From Deinococcus radiodurans R1 = ATCC 13939 = DSM 20539 (GTDB taxonomy: Bacteria; Deinococcota; Deinococci; Deinococcales; Deinococcaceae): a stretch of 32,000 bases of DNA. Position 1 is the stretch's first letter, and each line of letters opens with the position of its first letter. A program made the position numbers and the translations under genes. The stretch covers positions 2,323,347-2,355,346 of the forward strand of contig NC_001263.1 of NCBI RefSeq assembly GCF_000008565.1, written 5' to 3'. This document shows positions 27,053 to 32,000 of the stretch, in pieces. The notes under the pieces were generated by a model. That model saw only the letters and a list, made by a program, of their open reading frames with translations, was not told the origin of the DNA and ran no database searches.

Positions 27053-27982
27053 ATGCGTACCGTGACGGTTGGCACGCGAGGCAGCACCCTGGCCCTCGCA
27101 CAGACGCGCTGGGTGGTCGCCCGCCTGAAAGAAGAGTGGCCTGAAACCGATTTCAGGATTCAGACCATTTCGACCAAGGGGGACCGCAACCGCGAGAGCC
27201 TGGAGCAACTGGCGCAAAAAGGCGACAAGGGCTTCTGGGTCAAGGAAATCGAGGAAGCGCTGCTCGCCAAGAAAATAGACATCGCGGTGCATTCGCTCAA
27301 AGACCTGCCCACCGAGCAGCCCGAGGGCCTGGAAATTTCCAGCATTCCCAAGCGGGTGGACGGGCGCGACGCCCTGATTGGCCGCGAAGGGATGAAAAAG
27401 CTGGCCGAGCTGCCCGAGGGCGCACGCATCGGCACGAGCAGCGTGCGGCGCAAGGCGTTTTTGCGCGCCTACCGCCCCGACCTGATTGTCAAGGATCTGC
27501 GCGGCAACATCGACACCCGGCTCGCGGCGCTGGGCAGCGGCGAGTACGACGCCATCATCCTGGCGGCGGCGGGCCTGATTCGCACCGAGCAGCGCCACCG
27601 CATCGATGAGTTCGTGGACCCCGACATTCTGCTGCCCGCCCCCGGCCAGGGCGCCCTGGCGCTCGAAACCCGCACGGAGGACGACCTGACCATCGAGGTC
27701 GCCTACGCCATTCACGACCACGCCACCGACGACCGCATCACCGCCGAGCGCGAGTTTCTGGCCGGGCTGGGCGCCGGGTGCATGGCGCCGGTCGGGGCGC
27801 ACGCCGTCATCAAGAACGGGCTGCTCACGCTCGAAGGCTGGGTGGGCGCGCTCGACGGCACGCAGGTCATCCGCGCCACCTCGCAGGGCGACGTTGCCGA
27901 ATGCGCCGATATCGGGGCCGAGCTCGCCGCCGACATGCTGGAACGGGGCGCGGCGGAGCTGATCGAAGCCGTGCGCGAGTAA
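27053..27982 (+). CDS. hemC: Hydroxymethylbilane synthase (porphobilinogen deaminase)
   Basis: [15 protein letters not shown]...ISTKGD...[10 protein letters not shown]...GNIDTRL...cofactor Cys in [18 protein letters not shown] (27038-27043) lies 9 nt before the ATG. Confidence 0.95.
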   Translation: MRTVTVGTRGSTLALAQTRWVVARLKEEWPETDFRIQTISTKGDRNRESLEQLAQKGDKGFWVKEIEEALLAKKIDIAVHSLKDLPTEQPEGLEISSIPKRVDGRDALIGREGMKKLAELPEGARIGTSSVRRKAFLRAYRPDLIVKDLRGNIDTRLAALGSGEYDAIILAAAGLIRTEQRHRIDEFVDPDILLPAPGQGALALETRTEDDLTIEVAYAIHDHATDDRITAEREFLAGLGAGCMAPVGAHAVIKNGLLTLEGWVGALDGTQVIRATSQGDVAECADIGAELAADMLERGAAELIEAVRE

Positions 27983-27987
27983 GCCGC

Positions 27988-28170
27988 GTGAAGGTTCCTC
28001 CCCGGGCCTGGACGCTCGCGGCACTTGCCGGGCTGTTGTGGCTGACCATCGGCCTGTTTCAGAAGACAGGGCGCGGCGTGGCCTTCGGAGAAGCGTTCGT
28101 CAGCGAGCTGCCCGTCACCGCGCTGGTCTTTGTGGTGGCGTTGGTGGTGGCGGCGCAGCGCAACCGCTGA
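27988..28170 (+). CDS. Possible small two-helix membrane protein (60 aa)
   Basis: GTG 27988, 5 nt after the hemC stop: VKVPPRAWTLAALAGLLWLTIGLFQKTGRGVAFGEAFVSELPVTALVFVVALVVAAQRNR. High GC3. This is the tail of track ORF 27778..28170, whose upstream part overlaps hemC out of frame. Confidence 0.4.
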   Translation: MKVPPRAWTLAALAGLLWLTIGLFQKTGRGVAFGEAFVSELPVTALVFVVALVVAAQRNR

Positions 28171-28214
28171 GGCACAGGCACCGAGCAAACACAACCTGTC
28201 CTTGCTGCATGATG

Positions 28215-28240
28215 ACCCTCTGCTTCGGTGGAGGGTTTTC
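28215..28240 (+). terminator. Weak hairpin/terminator after the small ORF
   Basis: ACCCTC (28215-28220) / GAGGGT (28231-28236) followed by TTTC. Confidence 0.4.
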
Positions 28241-28283
28241 GCGTTCTGGCGCCCCCCTCTCCCCTATCTATTACCCTGCCCCC

Positions 28284-29252
28284 ATGCCTGCTTCTCTGCC
28301 GCGCCTCGCCCTGATTCACACCGGCGGCACCATCGCCAGCCGGCCCAGTCCCGACGGACGCGGGCTGACGCCGCAAACGCCCCCCGCGCTGCCGGGGCTG
28401 GAAGGAGTGCAGGTCAGCGAACACCAGCCGTTCAACCTGCCGAGTCCGCACGTCACGCCCGCGCACATGCAGCAGCTCGCGCACCTCATCGAGCAGCTCG
28501 CCGGGGGCCACGACGCGGTGGTGGTCACGCACGGCACCGACACGCTGGAAGAAACGGCCTTTTTCCTGCACCTGTGCCTGCCCGCTGGGCTGCCGGTGGT
28601 GCTGACCGGCTCCATGCGCCACGCCGAGGAAGTCTCCTGGGACGGCCCCGGCAACCTGCTCGACGCCGCGCAGGTCGCGCTGTGCCCGCAGACGGCGGGG
28701 CGTGGGCCGCTCGTCGTGTTTGGCGGGGACATCTTCGACGCCCGCACCGTGACGAAGGTGCACACCAGCGCGGTGGACGCGTTCGGCGGCTATCCCGGTC
28801 CCATCGGGCGCATCGACCGCACCGCCGCCGGGCCGCAGGTCCACTATTTTGCCCGGCCCGAACCGCGCCCCACTTTCCGCCCGGTCACGCTGGAGCGGCG
28901 GGTGGAGATTCTCTATGCCTATGCCGGCTGGCAGGGCGAGGGCTACGCCGGGGCGCTGGAGCGGGCCGACGGACTGGTGATTGCCGCGCTCGGCACCGGC
29001 AACCTGCCGCCCGAACTGCTGCCACTCATTGCCGCGACCGACAAGCCGGTGGTGCTCGCTACCCGCACCCACGCCGGGCCGATTTTGCCGGTGTACGGCT
29101 ACGCGGGCGGCGGCGCGACGTTGGTGGAAGCGGGCGCGATTCCCGCCAGTTTTCTCAACGCGCACAAGGCGCGGCTGCTGCTGCTGGTGCTGCTTAACCT
29201 GGGAGCGTCGCGCGAAGATATCCGGCGGGTCTTTACGCAGGGCGTCTTCTGA
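28284..29252 (+). CDS. ansA: L-asparaginase, type I family
   Basis: ATG 28284, in frame with track ORF 28038..29252. LALIHTGGTIAS (catalytic Thr), VVTHGTDTLEETAFFL. TACCCT (28272-28277) lies 6 nt before the ATG. Confidence 0.9.
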   Translation: MPASLPRLALIHTGGTIASRPSPDGRGLTPQTPPALPGLEGVQVSEHQPFNLPSPHVTPAHMQQLAHLIEQLAGGHDAVVVTHGTDTLEETAFFLHLCLPAGLPVVLTGSMRHAEEVSWDGPGNLLDAAQVALCPQTAGRGPLVVFGGDIFDARTVTKVHTSAVDAFGGYPGPIGRIDRTAAGPQVHYFARPEPRPTFRPVTLERRVEILYAYAGWQGEGYAGALERADGLVIAALGTGNLPPELLPLIAATDKPVVLATRTHAGPILPVYGYAGGGATLVEAGAIPASFLNAHKARLLLLVLLNLGASREDIRRVFTQGVF

Positions 29253-29363
29253 TACCCTGGCCCCATGACGGTTTTACCTTCGCCATTTTTTCAGCGGGGC
29301 AGCGCACAGGGCTAAGAGGAGCCCCGTGCGTCTGCCCCGCTGCTTTTGGCGGGGCGTTTTTTT
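29253..29363 (+). promoter_or_regulatory. Candidate pheS leader: -10-like TACCCT, 16-codon mini-ORF with tandem Phe codons, mutually exclusive hairpins
   Basis: TACCCT 29253-29258. ATG 29265 ... TAA 29313-29315 encodes MTVLPSPFFQRGSAQG. Long hairpin 29292-29312 / 29321-29342 (about 20 bp, stop codon in the loop). Its 3' arm shares GCCCCGC (29334-29340) with the terminator hairpin. Confidence 0.4.
29334..29363 (+). terminator. Intrinsic terminator between ansA and pheS
   Basis: GCCCCGC (29334-29340) / GCGGGGC (29349-29355), 8-nt loop, then G plus TTTTTTT (29357-29363). Confidence 0.7.
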
Positions 29364-29376
29364 GATTCGTCCCTAA

Positions 29377-30881
<1,505 letters not shown>

Positions 30882-30921
30882 ACCCGCCTACGCCCGCGTC
30901 CATCTTGCGATTGGAGAACTT

Positions 30922-32000
<1,079 letters not shown>

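Noticed and set aside
27051-27067. Second RDRM site at the hemC start (TTATGC...)
   Set aside because: Only one half-site is present, and there is no matching inverted arm at the 5-nt spacing.
26261-28024. 587-aa minus-strand ORF
   Set aside because: It is antisense to the coiled-coil gene tail, tsaE and hemC, all of which are better supported.

Overview
High-GC bacterial chromosomal window that reads as Deinococcus. The cinA-ligT-recA operon and the 363-aa RecA product ([20 protein letters not shown]...) match what I recall for D. radiodurans R1; this comes from memory, not a search. I can support about 38 protein-coding genes. They are mostly housekeeping or accessory metabolism: recA operon, birA, holB, hemC, tsaE, ansA, pheS/pheT, kbl, ferredoxin, an OmpR/histidine-kinase pair, an RCK K+ channel, two metallophosphoesterases, three GNAT genes (one of them a tandem two-domain fusion) and a Nudix gene. 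I found no rRNA, tRNA, CRISPR array, transposase or integrase. Because of the GC content, the six-frame track is full of long antisense or out-of-frame ORFs, which I reject. Points worth a second look: (1) an uncharacterised, translationally coupled three-gene module at 21885-26564 that runs into tsaE; (2) two apparent 1-nt frame disruptions, both inside alternating GC runs, one in a Fur-family regulator and one in the long coiled-coil gene; (3) pheS and pheT split by a GNAT and a Nudix gene joined through ATGA overlaps; (4) a possible leaderless mini-ORF with overlapping antiterminator/terminator hairpins ahead of pheS; (5) a recurring TANNNT-N5-7-start architecture at about 16 genes, implying leaderless mRNAs; (6) an RDRM-like dyad over the cinA start codon; (7) MITE-like small non-coding repeats that contribute a stop codon and a -10 box to neighbouring genes; (8) several perfect in-frame tandem repeats. 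All domain calls are by-eye motif recognition and no database search was run.
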